From assembly GCA_964517525.1 (NCBI GenBank), contig CAZFCI010000034.1:1-36676 (forward strand): DNA of 36,676 nucleotides, read 5' to 3'. Every line of letters starts with the position of its first letter. Position 1 is the stretch's first letter. The translations under genes and the position numbers were made by a program. Positions 25,158-34,603 of this stretch are shown here, in pieces. The DNA comes from an uncultured Clostridia bacterium. Its GTDB lineage: Bacteria; Acidobacteriota; Aminicenantia; JBFLYD01; JBBIMS01. The notes beneath the pieces are model-generated. The model saw only the letters and a list, made by a program, of their open reading frames with translations, did no database searches and had not been told where the DNA came from.

Positions 25158-26849
25158 TCAAGTCGCAGCTTGTTTTATCTTATCCTGAATGCTCTGGAGC
25201 ATTGGAATTTTAACTCCCTTCTCAATTGCAACCTTTATTGCCTCTTCATAACCTGCATCTGCATGCCTTACAATTCCTATTCCAGGGTCAACAGTCAAAA
25301 CCCTTTGAAGCCTTTTCTCAGCAGACTCTGTCCCATCTGCAACAATTACCATTCCAGCATGAATTGAGAGTCCTATACCAACCCCTCCTCCATGATGGAC
25401 GGAAACCCATGATGCACCACAAACAGCATTCAGAAGAGCATTTAAAATGGGCCAGTCAGCAATTGCATCGGAGCCATCCTTCATTCCCTCTGTCTCCCTG
25501 AAGGGGGAAGCTACAGAGCCTGTGTCAAGATGGTCTCTGCCAATAACAATTGGTGCAGAAACTTTTCCTTTCTTAACTAAATAGTTGAACCTCATTCCAC
25601 CCCTGTCCCTTTCTCCATAACCAAGCCAGCATATTCGAGCGGGGAGACCTTGAAACTTCACCTTTTCCTCAGCTTTTGTAATCCATCTTCTTAGAATCTC
25701 ATCCTCAGGGAATTCTTCAAGAATAGCTTTGTCAGTCTCAATAATGTCCTTTGGGTCTCCTGAAAGGGCAACCCATCTAAAGGGACCCCTTCCAAGACAG
25801 AAGAGAGGTCTTATGTATTCGAGAACAAAACCAGGAATTTCAAAGGCATCCTTAACACCTACAGAAAAGGCTTGTCCTCTAATGTTGTTTCCGTAATCAA
25901 AAGTGACAGCACCCATCCTCTTCAATTTAAGGAGCCCCTCAACATGCTCAGCGATTGCTTCCAATGCCCTCTTTCTGTACTCTTCAGGTTTTTCCCTCCT
26001 TAATCTTAAAGCATCTTCATAACTCATCTTGTTGGGAACATAGCCATTCAGCTCATCGTGGGCAGAGGTTTGATCAGTTAAGACATCGGGAACAATACCC
26101 CTTCTTGCAAATTCTGGTATTACATCCGCGGCGTTTCCAAGAAGCCCTATGGAAAGAGCTTCCCCTTTCTTTTTTGCTTCCATTGCCATTGAGATTGCAT
26201 GGTCAAGATTGTCTGTCATTGTATCCAGATATCCGGTTTTCAATCTCCTTTCTATTCTTTCCTTGTCAACTTCAACTATGATTCCAACACCTTCATTCAT
26301 TGTAATTGCTAAAGGTTGAGCACCTCCCATTCCTCCAAGCCCAGCTGTAAGAACTAATTTTCCTTTTAGAGAACCACCAAATTGTTTTTTTGCTACTGCA
26401 GCAAGGGTCTCATATGTTCCTTGCAATATACCTTGGGTTCCTATATAGATCCAGCTCCCTGCTGTCATCTGACCAAACATAGTTAGTCCAAGAGCTTCGA
26501 GTTTTCTGAATTCATCCCATGTTGCCCATTTTGGAACAACCATAGCATTTGATATTAGAACCCTTGGAGCTTCCTCATGGGTTTTAAATATCCCTACTGG
26601 TTTACCCGATTGGACAAGTAATGTTTCATCATTTTCAAGGGACTTGAGAGATTCTACAATGGCATGAAAACATTCCCAGTTCCTCGCTGCTTTTCCTGTT
26701 CCACCGTATACTATTAGATCCTGAGGTTTTTCAGCTACTTCTGGATCGAGATTGTTCATTAGCATTCTCATGGCAGCTTCCTGCTGCCATCCCTTACATG
26801 AAATAGATGAACCCCTTGGCGCTTTTACTGGTTTATAAGTATATTGCAT
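25158..26849 (-). CDS. hutU: Urocanate hydratase
   Basis: RAPRGSS-type N-terminus, NAD-binding [12 protein letters not shown], and high overall resemblance to urocanase throughout. The ATG at 26849 lies behind GGAGGA; the track ORF begins at a TTG 4 codons upstream. Confidence 0.93.
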   Translation of the reverse strand: MQYTYKPVKAPRGSSISCKGWQQEAAMRMLMNNLDPEVAEKPQDLIVYGGTGKAARNWECFHAIVESLKSLENDETLLVQSGKPVGIFKTHEEAPRVLISNAMVVPKWATWDEFRKLEALGLTMFGQMTAGSWIYIGTQGILQGTYETLAAVAKKQFGGSLKGKLVLTAGLGGMGGAQPLAITMNEGVGIIVEVDKERIERRLKTGYLDTMTDNLDHAISMAMEAKKKGEALSIGLLGNAADVIPEFARRGIVPDVLTDQTSAHDELNGYVPNKMSYEDALRLRREKPEEYRKRALEAIAEHVEGLLKLKRMGAVTFDYGNNIRGQAFSVGVKDAFEIPGFVLEYIRPLFCLGRGPFRWVALSGDPKDIIETDKAILEEFPEDEILRRWITKAEEKVKFQGLPARICWLGYGERDRGGMRFNYLVKKGKVSAPIVIGRDHLDTGSVASPFRETEGMKDGSDAIADWPILNALLNAVCGASWVSVHHGGGVGIGLSIHAGMVIVADGTESAEKRLQRVLTVDPGIGIVRHADAGYEEAIKVAIEKGVKIPMLQSIQDKIKQAAT

Positions 26850-26900
26850 AATTTCCTCCAAACTTTATTATACAACAGTTAGGGAATTAAATAGTAGAAT

Positions 26901-27524
26901 TTATCTTTTTCTTAACTTTTCGAGCTCCTTTTCATATTCTTTTTTCTTTAATACCCCAAAGAATCTTTCTTTATTTCTTCTTTCAAACTCTTTTAAAAAA
27001 GGGTCTCTATAAACAGTGGAGTTGAGTCTCCATTCGTTGGGAGGATTAAAGAAAAATTCATATTTTACTGTCCCACCTTCAAAGGAGTAATCCCAAACCT
27101 CTATCATTCTCGCTTGAATATCCTCATTATCCTTTTCAAGACGATCTTGAGGGGCATACCAACTTGAAGATTCTGAATAACTGATATGGGATGGAGAGCC
27201 ATTAAGAAGGAATATCCTTGCCCTATCAGTATTCCATGGTTGAGAGTAATTTTCTCTTTTAAATTGAGTCTCTATTATTTGCAATCTTTTCTCGAATAAC
27301 TCAAAGGATTTTGGAGAACGGAACTGCCAGAATATCTGTTGAAACTTTAACTTACCTTCCTCTGGAAGACTCTTGTAAAAATTCCTTTCCCAATCTTCCA
27401 TTATTATGTAATGCTTAGAAAACCAGATATCGCCGGTTGGAATTAATTTTCCTTTGCAATTAGTAAAGAAGAGGTAAGAGATGAAAACTAAAGGAATTAA
27501 ATAATCCAACTTCTTCGGTTTCAT
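26901..27524 (-). CDS. GWxTD-domain-like protein (secreted or lipoprotein), function unknown
   Basis: N-terminal hydrophobic signal ending in ...FFTNC. The block SQPWNTDRARIFLLNGSPSHISY resembles the GWxTD signature (W-x-TDR...G-x-P). Assigned from memory of the motif. Confidence 0.5.
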   Translation of the reverse strand: MKPKKLDYLIPLVFISYLFFTNCKGKLIPTGDIWFSKHYIIMEDWERNFYKSLPEEGKLKFQQIFWQFRSPKSFELFEKRLQIIETQFKRENYSQPWNTDRARIFLLNGSPSHISYSESSSWYAPQDRLEKDNEDIQARMIEVWDYSFEGGTVKYEFFFNPPNEWRLNSTVYRDPFLKEFERRNKERFFGVLKKKEYEKELEKLRKR

Positions 27525-27557
27525 TTAGAACTTCTCTTCCTTTAGGATTGAAATTTT

Positions 27558-28568
27558 TCATTTGTCCTTTGGCTTTGCGTGACCTGAAGAACCAGAACTT
27601 GAGCTTGTTGAATTAGAGGATGAAAGGGTTGATTTGCTTATAGAACCCTGATAGGAGGAGCTCCCTGAGCCATAATGGGAAGAACTCTTGGAGAAGGTAG
27701 ATGTGTATTTGTATCTTATAGGACTATGGGAAGGCGGATTGCCTCCCTTGTAAATCTGAGTTTCTTTAGAGAGAACATCTTTCCAGTTCTCGCTTCTAAA
27801 ATATGGAACCTCACGGTAGGGGATGTAATACCAATAATAGGGCCAGTATCCATAGTAGAAGGATGGATAGTACCAGAAAGAGTAGGGGAGCCAGTAATAA
27901 TAAGAGCTCCACATCCAGTATGGCTCATAATACCAGAAGGGAGGGTAGTAAGCAACTTCCCTTTCTTTAGATGGAACTTCGAAGATCCTATCCCTCTTTT
28001 GAACAAATCTGTCAAAGAAATCATAGGTGGCAGAGAAGCCTCTCAGTATTTTACCATTCTTTTCCTCAACCATTTCTCCCTTATTTAAAGTGGTGAAGGA
28101 ACCGTTTGAAAATGTAATTTCAGCAAAACCACCTATAACAGATATGGATGTTTTATCACCAGACTCGATTCGGTATTTTCCTGGTGTAGAAATTTCCACA
28201 AGATTTTTTCTTGAAAGTATTTTGTATTTTTCCTTAGAAACTGTTGAAAGATAAATCTTTCCCTTTTTAACTTCCAAATTGGGAGTCTTGTCCTCCATAC
28301 GGAAAATTACTTCAGAATCTTTGTCTACTCTTAGAAAATCGTTGTTCCCAAAATCAATCTCAACCCTTCCATCCGAGGTAAGGAGTCTGTCATCCTTGAA
28401 AATGCTCATTCCAAACCTGACAAACTCGCATTTGACATTTCCCTCAGCCTCCCTGCAAATTTTCGCTGAACCATCGTAATAGTTTACCTCCCCAATTTTT
28501 ACATTCTGGGAAAGTAATAAAGAAGAAAGAAAAAGGATCGAAATACTTAAAATTATATTTTTTCTCAT
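27558..28568 (-). CDS. Secreted FecR-like domain protein with an extreme Tyr/Trp/Pro-rich segment and a Ser-rich tail
   Basis: Start ATG at 28568 behind GGAGGA (MRKNIILSISILFLSSLLLS signal peptide). The central beta-rich block DGRVEIDFGNNDFLRVDKDSEVIF is FecR-like. The aromatic segment and poly-Ser C-terminus follow. The track ORF starts 7 codons earlier. Confidence 0.6.
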   Translation of the reverse strand: MRKNIILSISILFLSSLLLSQNVKIGEVNYYDGSAKICREAEGNVKCEFVRFGMSIFKDDRLLTSDGRVEIDFGNNDFLRVDKDSEVIFRMEDKTPNLEVKKGKIYLSTVSKEKYKILSRKNLVEISTPGKYRIESGDKTSISVIGGFAEITFSNGSFTTLNKGEMVEEKNGKILRGFSATYDFFDRFVQKRDRIFEVPSKEREVAYYPPFWYYEPYWMWSSYYYWLPYSFWYYPSFYYGYWPYYWYYIPYREVPYFRSENWKDVLSKETQIYKGGNPPSHSPIRYKYTSTFSKSSSHYGSGSSSYQGSISKSTLSSSNSTSSSSGSSGHAKPKDK

Positions 28569-28804
28569 GTCATCCTCCATGACCTCCATTAATTTTATAT
28601 CATATTTCGTGCCAGTTCAAAAAAAATGGTAAAGGGCTAAAACACTATCCAGAACAGGTTTATAAAGAGAGGGCTTTTCCTTTGTTATAAAAATTGTCTA
28701 TAAAATAGGACAATTGTCCAGTTTTTAATAAGCCTACAAATCTAGTATTATTTGTAGAGGTGCAAATGAGGGACCTCGAGGGAATGTCTTTTGGATTTCA
28801 ATTC

Positions 28805-29848
28805 TTATCGATAGAAAAAAGAATTCTCTTTTTTACTTTCTCTAATTTTTCTTATATAGTTTCTAACAGCTCTATTGTGGGAGCTAAGGTCTGAGCTGAA
28901 AGTATGGGTTCCATCTCCATTGGAGACAAAATAGAGATAATCTGTTCTGGCGGGATTAATGGCTGCTTCAATTGAAGCAATACCAGGATTACAGATAGGA
29001 CCTGGAGGTAGACCTGTATGAAGGTATGTGTTGTAGGGAGATGGGAATGATAGATCTTCCTTTTTAAGAGGGTATTGAAAAATTTCTTCCTTTTTTAGAG
29101 CATAAATAACTGTTGGATCGCACTGTAGAAGCATTCCTCTCTTCAATCTGTTGTAGAACACAGAGGAAACAAGGGGCTTTTCTTCAGGAACTCCTGTTTC
29201 CTTTTCAATAAGGGAGGCAAGGATTAAAACTTTATAAAAATTTAATCCTTTCTTTTCAGTCACCCTTATGTATTCACCAACCCTTTCCTTGAATCTTCTA
29301 ATCATTATCAAAATAGCCTTCTCAGAGGTTATACCCTTAGGAAATAAATATGTATCTGGGAAAAGGAAGCCTTCTAAATTGAGGGCTTCTTTATTGATTT
29401 GAGAGATCAAACTTCTATTATCACAAGCCTTTATAAAATCTTCCCTTCTTACGAGATTTTCTTCCTCAAGTATTTTAGCAATTTCATATATTGAGCTACC
29501 CTCAGGAATTACTATCTGATGAAGATAAATTTCACCACTGGTGATTTTTTCCAGAACCTGGTAAATAGAAATTGGGAAATCAAATTTGTATTCTCCTGCC
29601 TTTATTGTTTTACCTTTAAAGTATATTTTATAGCCTAAAAGGAAAGGAATTCTACCCTTTATCACTTCTTTTTTTTGGAGCAAAAGGGCTGAATCCTTTA
29701 TACCCATTCCTGATTTTATCTCAACAATAGCAAATTCTCCTTTTTTTCCATAAGGTTTTTGTATTTGATCTTCTATGAAGCTCTTCCCCAGAAAATATAA
29801 GAAAATAATTAGAAGAAATGCCATAAAAGCAGAAAGTAGTTTTTTCAT
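28805..29848 (-). CDS. mltG: Endolytic murein transglycosylase MltG (YceG-like)
   Basis: N-terminal TM anchor; YceG motifs LASLIEKE and YNTYLHTGLPPGPICNPG. 347 aa. Confidence 0.9.
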   Translation of the reverse strand: MKKLLSAFMAFLLIIFLYFLGKSFIEDQIQKPYGKKGEFAIVEIKSGMGIKDSALLLQKKEVIKGRIPFLLGYKIYFKGKTIKAGEYKFDFPISIYQVLEKITSGEIYLHQIVIPEGSSIYEIAKILEEENLVRREDFIKACDNRSLISQINKEALNLEGFLFPDTYLFPKGITSEKAILIMIRRFKERVGEYIRVTEKKGLNFYKVLILASLIEKETGVPEEKPLVSSVFYNRLKRGMLLQCDPTVIYALKKEEIFQYPLKKEDLSFPSPYNTYLHTGLPPGPICNPGIASIEAAINPARTDYLYFVSNGDGTHTFSSDLSSHNRAVRNYIRKIRESKKENSFFYR

Positions 29849-30258
29849 TTCCTTTTACTATCGAGATAAGATTGAAGTATTATAACTGCTGAAAGTTTGT
29901 CAACGAAGTTTTTCCTCTTTTTTCGTTTCATTCCTGACTCTTTCAATACTCTCTCAGCCTGAACAGTTGTAAGTCTCTCATCCCAGAGGATAGGCTCGAG
30001 GGAAAAGTTTTCCTTTAGCCAATATGCAAATTCTTGGCATTTCTTTGAACTTTCAGAAATCCTTCCATCCATATGTAGGGGGTTTCCTATCACTATTTCT
30101 TTTATTTCCCACTTTCTTATTAGATCTCTAAAGAATTCCTTTTCAGCCTCTTCTCCTTTCCTCTCATACTTTCCTATTGGGCTTGCTATAATTCCTAACT
30201 CGTCAGAGATTGCAAGCCCAATAAATCTGATTCCAAAATCTATTCCAAGAATCCTCAT
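29845..30258 (-). CDS. ruvX: Putative pre-16S rRNA nuclease / Holliday-junction-resolvase-like YqgF
   Basis: MRILGIDFGIRFIGLAISD N-terminus and DERLTT motif. 137 aa. 4-nt overlaps on both sides. Confidence 0.88.
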   Translation of the reverse strand: MRILGIDFGIRFIGLAISDELGIIASPIGKYERKGEEAEKEFFRDLIRKWEIKEIVIGNPLHMDGRISESSKKCQEFAYWLKENFSLEPILWDERLTTVQAERVLKESGMKRKKRKNFVDKLSAVIILQSYLDSKRK

Positions 30259-31307
30259 AATTCTTCCACTGAATAATTTAATTTTTTCTTTTTTAGTCGG
30301 TATCTTTCTAAGGATAATTCAATAAGCTTTTCAATAAGTTGAGGATACGGAATTCCACTTGCCTCCCATAATTTTGGATACATTGAGATAGAAGTAAAAC
30401 CTGGAATTGTATTAATTTCATTAACAAAAATTTTTTTGGTTACTTTATCCATAAGAAAATCAACCCTTGCCATTCCAAAGCATTCAAGGGCTAAAAAAGC
30501 TCTTATAGCAAGACTTTGAAACTCTTCCTTTTCCTTTTCGCTAACATCAGCTGGAATCACAAATTTTGTTTTCCCTTCAATGTATTTGTCTTTATAGTCA
30601 TAAAATTCGCGATATGGAATTACCTCTCCAGGGACAGAAACAATTGGTTTATCGTTTCCCAAAACACTGCATTCAATTTCCCTTGCATTTATTCCTCTTT
30701 CAACAATTACAACTCTGTCCCATTCAAAAGCCTTTTCAATGGCAGAAGGGAGCTCAGAGTAATCCTTAACCTTTGTAATACCAATGCTGGAACCCAGATT
30801 GGATGGTTTTACAAATATTGGCAATGAAAATACCTTGCACCTTTCTATGAGCTCTCCCTTTTTTTCCTTCCAGTCCACATCCCTAAAAGATAGCCATTCA
30901 ACAACTGGAATTCCATGGAACGAAAGTATTTCCTTAGCCTTTTCCTTATTCATTCCTAAAGAAGAGCCCATAATTCCAGCTCCAACATAGGGGACATCTG
31001 CCATCTCAAAAAGCCCCTGTATTGAGCCATCCTCTCCATAGGGTCCATGAAGCAATGGGAAATAAACATCAGCCTCGAAGATTTCATCCTTTGAGCTCCA
31101 TGGAAGGAATAAGTGCCCTTTTTTATTGAATTCCCTTTCAGCATAGGGAGATGAAACGAGTCTCCATAGACCTTTCTTGTCAATATAAATAGAAACTATT
31201 TCATATTTTTCCTTGTTTAATGCATTAAAAACAGAACGAGCTGAGATTACTGAAATTTCATGCTCTGCTGACCTACCACCAAAAATTAAAACTATCCTTT
31301 TTTTCAT
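30255..31307 (-). CDS. ddl: D-alanine--D-alanine ligase
   Basis: IFGGRSAEHEISVISA, HGPYGEDGSIQG, ATP-grasp core and EINTIPGFT motifs. 350 aa. Confidence 0.92.
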   Translation of the reverse strand: MKKRIVLIFGGRSAEHEISVISARSVFNALNKEKYEIVSIYIDKKGLWRLVSSPYAEREFNKKGHLFLPWSSKDEIFEADVYFPLLHGPYGEDGSIQGLFEMADVPYVGAGIMGSSLGMNKEKAKEILSFHGIPVVEWLSFRDVDWKEKKGELIERCKVFSLPIFVKPSNLGSSIGITKVKDYSELPSAIEKAFEWDRVVIVERGINAREIECSVLGNDKPIVSVPGEVIPYREFYDYKDKYIEGKTKFVIPADVSEKEKEEFQSLAIRAFLALECFGMARVDFLMDKVTKKIFVNEINTIPGFTSISMYPKLWEASGIPYPQLIEKLIELSLERYRLKKKKLNYSVEEL

Positions 31308-31335
31308 CTAAAAGCTTTTTCAAAAGGAAGAATTT

Positions 31336-32436
31336 CTATTCCTTATATCCTTTCAGGAGTTTATGGTCTCCATCACAAACGGTTTTTATAAGTTCCTCAT
31401 ATAGATAATCAATCTTTTCAAGAACCTGTGGCTTAACTCTTTCTCTAAAGGTTTCTCTACTCCTTTCTATAACATCCCTCAATCTCTTATAAATATTCCC
31501 TTCCCTTCTTCCGATTTCTACCTCTTCAGCATGATAGAGCATTATATCTGAAACAAGGACTTTTGCAAGCCTTTTGGCACTCTTGTGCCACTCTTCCTCT
31601 TCCTTACTAATCATGGGCACAACAGGCGTTGGTGGACTAACTTTTTCAACCTCAGGAGGAGGTGGAGGAACTTCTGCAATTTCTTTTGTCCTCTCCTTAG
31701 CCGATACCTTCTCTCTTATTGGGAGGAGATCTATCGTCATTGTGGCAAATTTTGTGAGAATTTCGAGCTCTTCTTTACAGTCAATCTTATTATTAGTAGG
31801 AGCCTGATCTCCATAGAAAACAGCCATAATTTTATTTTTTATGTGCATAGGTATAGCTATTATTTCCTGAGGTCTTTTTCCGCCGAATCTATTTAATAAA
31901 ATCCAGTTTTCAGGATGGTCTGCTGGTGTTCCTATAAATGTCAACCCACTCTCCGCAACATCCTTAAGAACAGTATTAGCTGTAATAGGAACAATTACAA
32001 GACGAATGCTTGTATCTGTTATGTCGGAAGAGCCTGTAAAACCTTTTGAATACCATCCGACAAAATTATTTTCTTTTATTACGAACACACAAACTCTCGA
32101 AAGGAACTTGTTAGCCCCCTCTATAAAGGTAGAAATAACATCTGTTTGAGACTTTCCCTGTTCTATTTTGTTTATAATTGAGTAGAGAAGACGAATTTTT
32201 TCCGAAGCAGGTTTTGCAAACTCTATTTCCTTTTGAAATTCCTCCCATAAAGTCTCTACACCCTTAAAGTCAGTAGTCTCGACTTGGAATTTTAAAGACT
32301 GCATAAATTCGTTAAGAGCTTCCACAATTTTATTCTCAAAAGTCTCAAATTTCTTCTCAAGGGATTTCCCCTTTCCTTCTAAGACTGATTCTAAGAAAGA
32401 AATTATTGCTCTTTTGAATGTCTCTTTCTTATCCAT
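31336..32436 (-). CDS. Hypothetical protein: N-terminal helical region, GAF-like middle domain, Pro-rich linker, conserved-looking C-terminal helical module
   Basis: Long ORF. The middle block (VCVFVIKENNFVGWYSKGF...IAIPMHIKNKIMAVFYGD) looks GAF-like. The linker is EVPPPPPEVEKVSPPTPVVP. The tail is WHKSAKRLAKVLVSDIMLYHAEEVEIGRREGNIYKRL. No firm family assignment. Confidence 0.55.
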   Translation of the reverse strand: MDKKETFKRAIISFLESVLEGKGKSLEKKFETFENKIVEALNEFMQSLKFQVETTDFKGVETLWEEFQKEIEFAKPASEKIRLLYSIINKIEQGKSQTDVISTFIEGANKFLSRVCVFVIKENNFVGWYSKGFTGSSDITDTSIRLVIVPITANTVLKDVAESGLTFIGTPADHPENWILLNRFGGKRPQEIIAIPMHIKNKIMAVFYGDQAPTNNKIDCKEELEILTKFATMTIDLLPIREKVSAKERTKEIAEVPPPPPEVEKVSPPTPVVPMISKEEEEWHKSAKRLAKVLVSDIMLYHAEEVEIGRREGNIYKRLRDVIERSRETFRERVKPQVLEKIDYLYEELIKTVCDGDHKLLKGYKE

Positions 32437-32452
32437 CTTTAACCTCTTCTCT

Positions 32453-32499
32453 TTGTCATTTCTTTTTAAAATTATATAATAATTTTAAAAAAATACAAG
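32453..32499. promoter_or_regulatory. Compact divergent promoter region with overlapping -10 boxes inside a 23-bp palindrome
   Basis: Plus strand: TTGTCA (32453-58), 16-nt spacer, TATAAT (32475-80). Minus strand: TATAAT (complement of 32471-76) with a TTGTAT-like -35 (complement of 32493-98). By eye only, in an AT-rich context. Confidence 0.35.
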
Positions 32500-32552
32500 C
32501 TAAATAGATTCAGGGGGGCTTTAATTTAGCCAAGAGAAAGGTTAAAATTTTA

Positions 32553-33467
32553 ATGATGAGACTTTATAACTCTTTTAACCAGCATCTTACGAAGAAATTT
32601 GGGGAAAGGGTTCAGAAAATATCTGTGGATGCAGGGTTCCTCTGCCCAAATAAGGATGGGACTCTTTCTTCTAAGGGCTGTATATTCTGTGACAAATACG
32701 GCTCTGGACCAATAAAGTTTGCAGGACTTCCTTTGAGTGAGCAGATTGAGAAAGGGATTGAGTTTGCAAAGGCAAGATACGGAGCCAATCTTTATATAGT
32801 TTACTTTCAAGCTCATACCAACACATACTGTAGCTGGAAAAAGTTGAAGGAGTATATTGATATTGCCCTTTCTTATAAGGGAGTAGTTGGTATTTCAATA
32901 GGAACAAGACCAGATACATTATCCGATGAAATTCTCGATGGTCTTGAGGCTCTATCGAAAACAATTTATCTATGGCTTGAGATAGGGCTTCAATCAATTC
33001 ATGACAGGAGTCTCCAATTTTTAAATAGAAATCACACATTTTTAGATTTTGAAACTGCCTTTAAGAGGGCTAAAAAGAGAAAAATCCAGATTTGTGCCCA
33101 TGTTATACTTGGTATCCCTGGAGAGTCCTGGAATGATATGATGGAGACAGCAAAATACCTTGCCCATATAGAAATCGATGGTGTGAAAATTCATCCTTTG
33201 CATGTCCTTGCAGGAACTGAATTGCAAAAGATGTATGAACAGCATAAGATTGAACTTCTGGAAAAGGATAGATATGTAAAACTTGTAGTGGATTTCTTAG
33301 AAAGACTTCATCCCTCAACTATTATTCATAGAATAACAGGAGAAAGGGAGCAGTTCCTGCTTGTTGCTCCCCTATGGGTTCTTAAAAAATCAGAAGTTAT
33401 AATGGATATTGAAAGAGAGTTTGAAAAAAGGGGTAGTTATCAGGGGTTTTATTATAAAAAAATATAA
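32553..33467 (+). CDS. Radical SAM protein, TIGR01212 (YhcC-like) family
   Basis: N-terminal VQKISVDAGFLCPNKDGTLSSKGCIFCD cysteine cluster, characteristic of this family. 304 aa. Confidence 0.8.
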   Translation: MMRLYNSFNQHLTKKFGERVQKISVDAGFLCPNKDGTLSSKGCIFCDKYGSGPIKFAGLPLSEQIEKGIEFAKARYGANLYIVYFQAHTNTYCSWKKLKEYIDIALSYKGVVGISIGTRPDTLSDEILDGLEALSKTIYLWLEIGLQSIHDRSLQFLNRNHTFLDFETAFKRAKKRKIQICAHVILGIPGESWNDMMETAKYLAHIEIDGVKIHPLHVLAGTELQKMYEQHKIELLEKDRYVKLVVDFLERLHPSTIIHRITGEREQFLLVAPLWVLKKSEVIMDIEREFEKRGSYQGFYYKKI

Positions 33468-33472
33468 TTATA

Positions 33473-34111
33473 ATGAAGTTTTACATTCCTTCTTCCCTTG
33501 AGAAAGCTAAGGAGATACAGAAAAAACTCAGTTCCTTTGTAAAGATTGAGAGAAAGGTTGAAAGAATAGAACTGATTGGAGGGATAGATTCAGGTTATCA
33601 GAAGGATAAAATAAGAACCGCTCTTGTTATCCTCTCCTTTCCTGAGCTTGAAGTCATTGATTTTTCAGTATTTGAAGATAAAGTCAGATTTCCCTATATC
33701 CCTTCATTCTTAGCTTTTAGAGAGATCCCTTCAATGCTTGGTGCTTGGGAAAATATAAAGATCAAGCCTCAAATTGTAATTGTAGATGGAAATGGTATTG
33801 CCCATCCAAGAAAATTTGGCATTGCTTCCCATTTGGGTGTCCTTCTAAATATTCCTACAATTGGGTGTGCAAAGAATCCTTTTTATCCCTCACCCCTTCC
33901 ATCCCTTGAAAGAGGAGCTTTCTCATATATGAAGAACGAGAAAAACGAGATAGTAGGGGCTTCTTTAAGAACTAAAGAAAATGTAATGCCTGTCTATGTT
34001 TCCCCTGGTCATCTTGTTGACCTTGATTTTTCTATAGAAATCATAATTTCAACCTCAAAGTTTAGAATACCAGAGCCTATTAGAATAGCCCATCATCTAT
34101 CAAAACACTGA
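33473..34111 (+). CDS. nfi: Endonuclease V
   Basis: IGGIDSGY, PYIPSFLAFREIP and VDGNGIAHPRKFGIASHLGVLLNIPTIGCAK motifs. 5-nt gap to the upstream gene. Confidence 0.88.
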   Translation: MKFYIPSSLEKAKEIQKKLSSFVKIERKVERIELIGGIDSGYQKDKIRTALVILSFPELEVIDFSVFEDKVRFPYIPSFLAFREIPSMLGAWENIKIKPQIVIVDGNGIAHPRKFGIASHLGVLLNIPTIGCAKNPFYPSPLPSLERGAFSYMKNEKNEIVGASLRTKENVMPVYVSPGHLVDLDFSIEIIISTSKFRIPEPIRIAHHLSKH

Positions 34112-34246
34112 AAATAAAGGTTCCTTGAGAGGGTATACTCCTTATCTATTGGTAAAATAAAGCTTTTATTAAATAAGTGTTTTTCTTTTATTTATAAGGG
34201 TTTCCGCCGAATTTATGAACTTCTTTTAATTTCAGGCATGAACCAC

Positions 34247-34275
34247 TTGACAAGGGGTTTTTTTAGTAGTAAATA
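34247..34275 (+). promoter_or_regulatory. Candidate sigma-70 promoter TTGACA-17-TAAATA for hup
   Basis: Consensus -35 at 34247-52 and -10 at 34270-75. A GAGGAGG SD lies just before the ATG at 34296. Confidence 0.45.
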
Positions 34276-34295
34276 TAAGGAAGAGGAGGTATGAG

Positions 34296-34568
34296 ATGAC
34301 CAAAAATGATTTGGTAGCAAAGATTGCTAAGGACTCCGGGGTTACAAAGGCTCAAGCAGCAAAAGCAATTAACTCAATGATCAGCGGAATTGAAAAAGCC
34401 TTAAAGGGCGGGCAGAAAGTGACTTTTGTAGGATTCGGGACATTTAAAGTTGCAGAGAGAAAAGCGAGAAACGGAAGGAACCCCAAGACTGGTGAAGTAA
34501 TTAAGATCCCCAAGAAGAAAGTTCCTAAGTTCGTTCCTGGTAAGAGGCTGAGAGAGCTTATCAGATAA
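34296..34568 (+). CDS. hup: Histone-like DNA-binding protein HU
   Basis: 90 aa. MTKNDLVAKIA..., GFGTFKVAERKARNGRNPKTGEVIKIP arm motif. Confidence 0.94.
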   Translation: MTKNDLVAKIAKDSGVTKAQAAKAINSMISGIEKALKGGQKVTFVGFGTFKVAERKARNGRNPKTGEVIKIPKKKVPKFVPGKRLRELIR

Positions 34569-34603
34569 GAAGCTAAGCTCAGTAGAAAAACCCGGAAAAG
34601 GGA

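Noticed and set aside
28701-28715. The 11-mer ATAGGACAATT shared between the FecR-like upstream region and the comEC upstream region (35844-35854)
   Set aside because: A single shared 11-mer among a few kb of AT-rich intergenic DNA on two strands is within chance expectation. There is no extended similarity around it.
28734-28757. AT-rich hairpin CTACAAAT-N8-ATTTGTAG downstream of mltG as its terminator
   Set aside because: The stem is weak and all-AT apart from one C:G pair, with no U-tract on the minus-strand reading. That is not enough to call a terminator.
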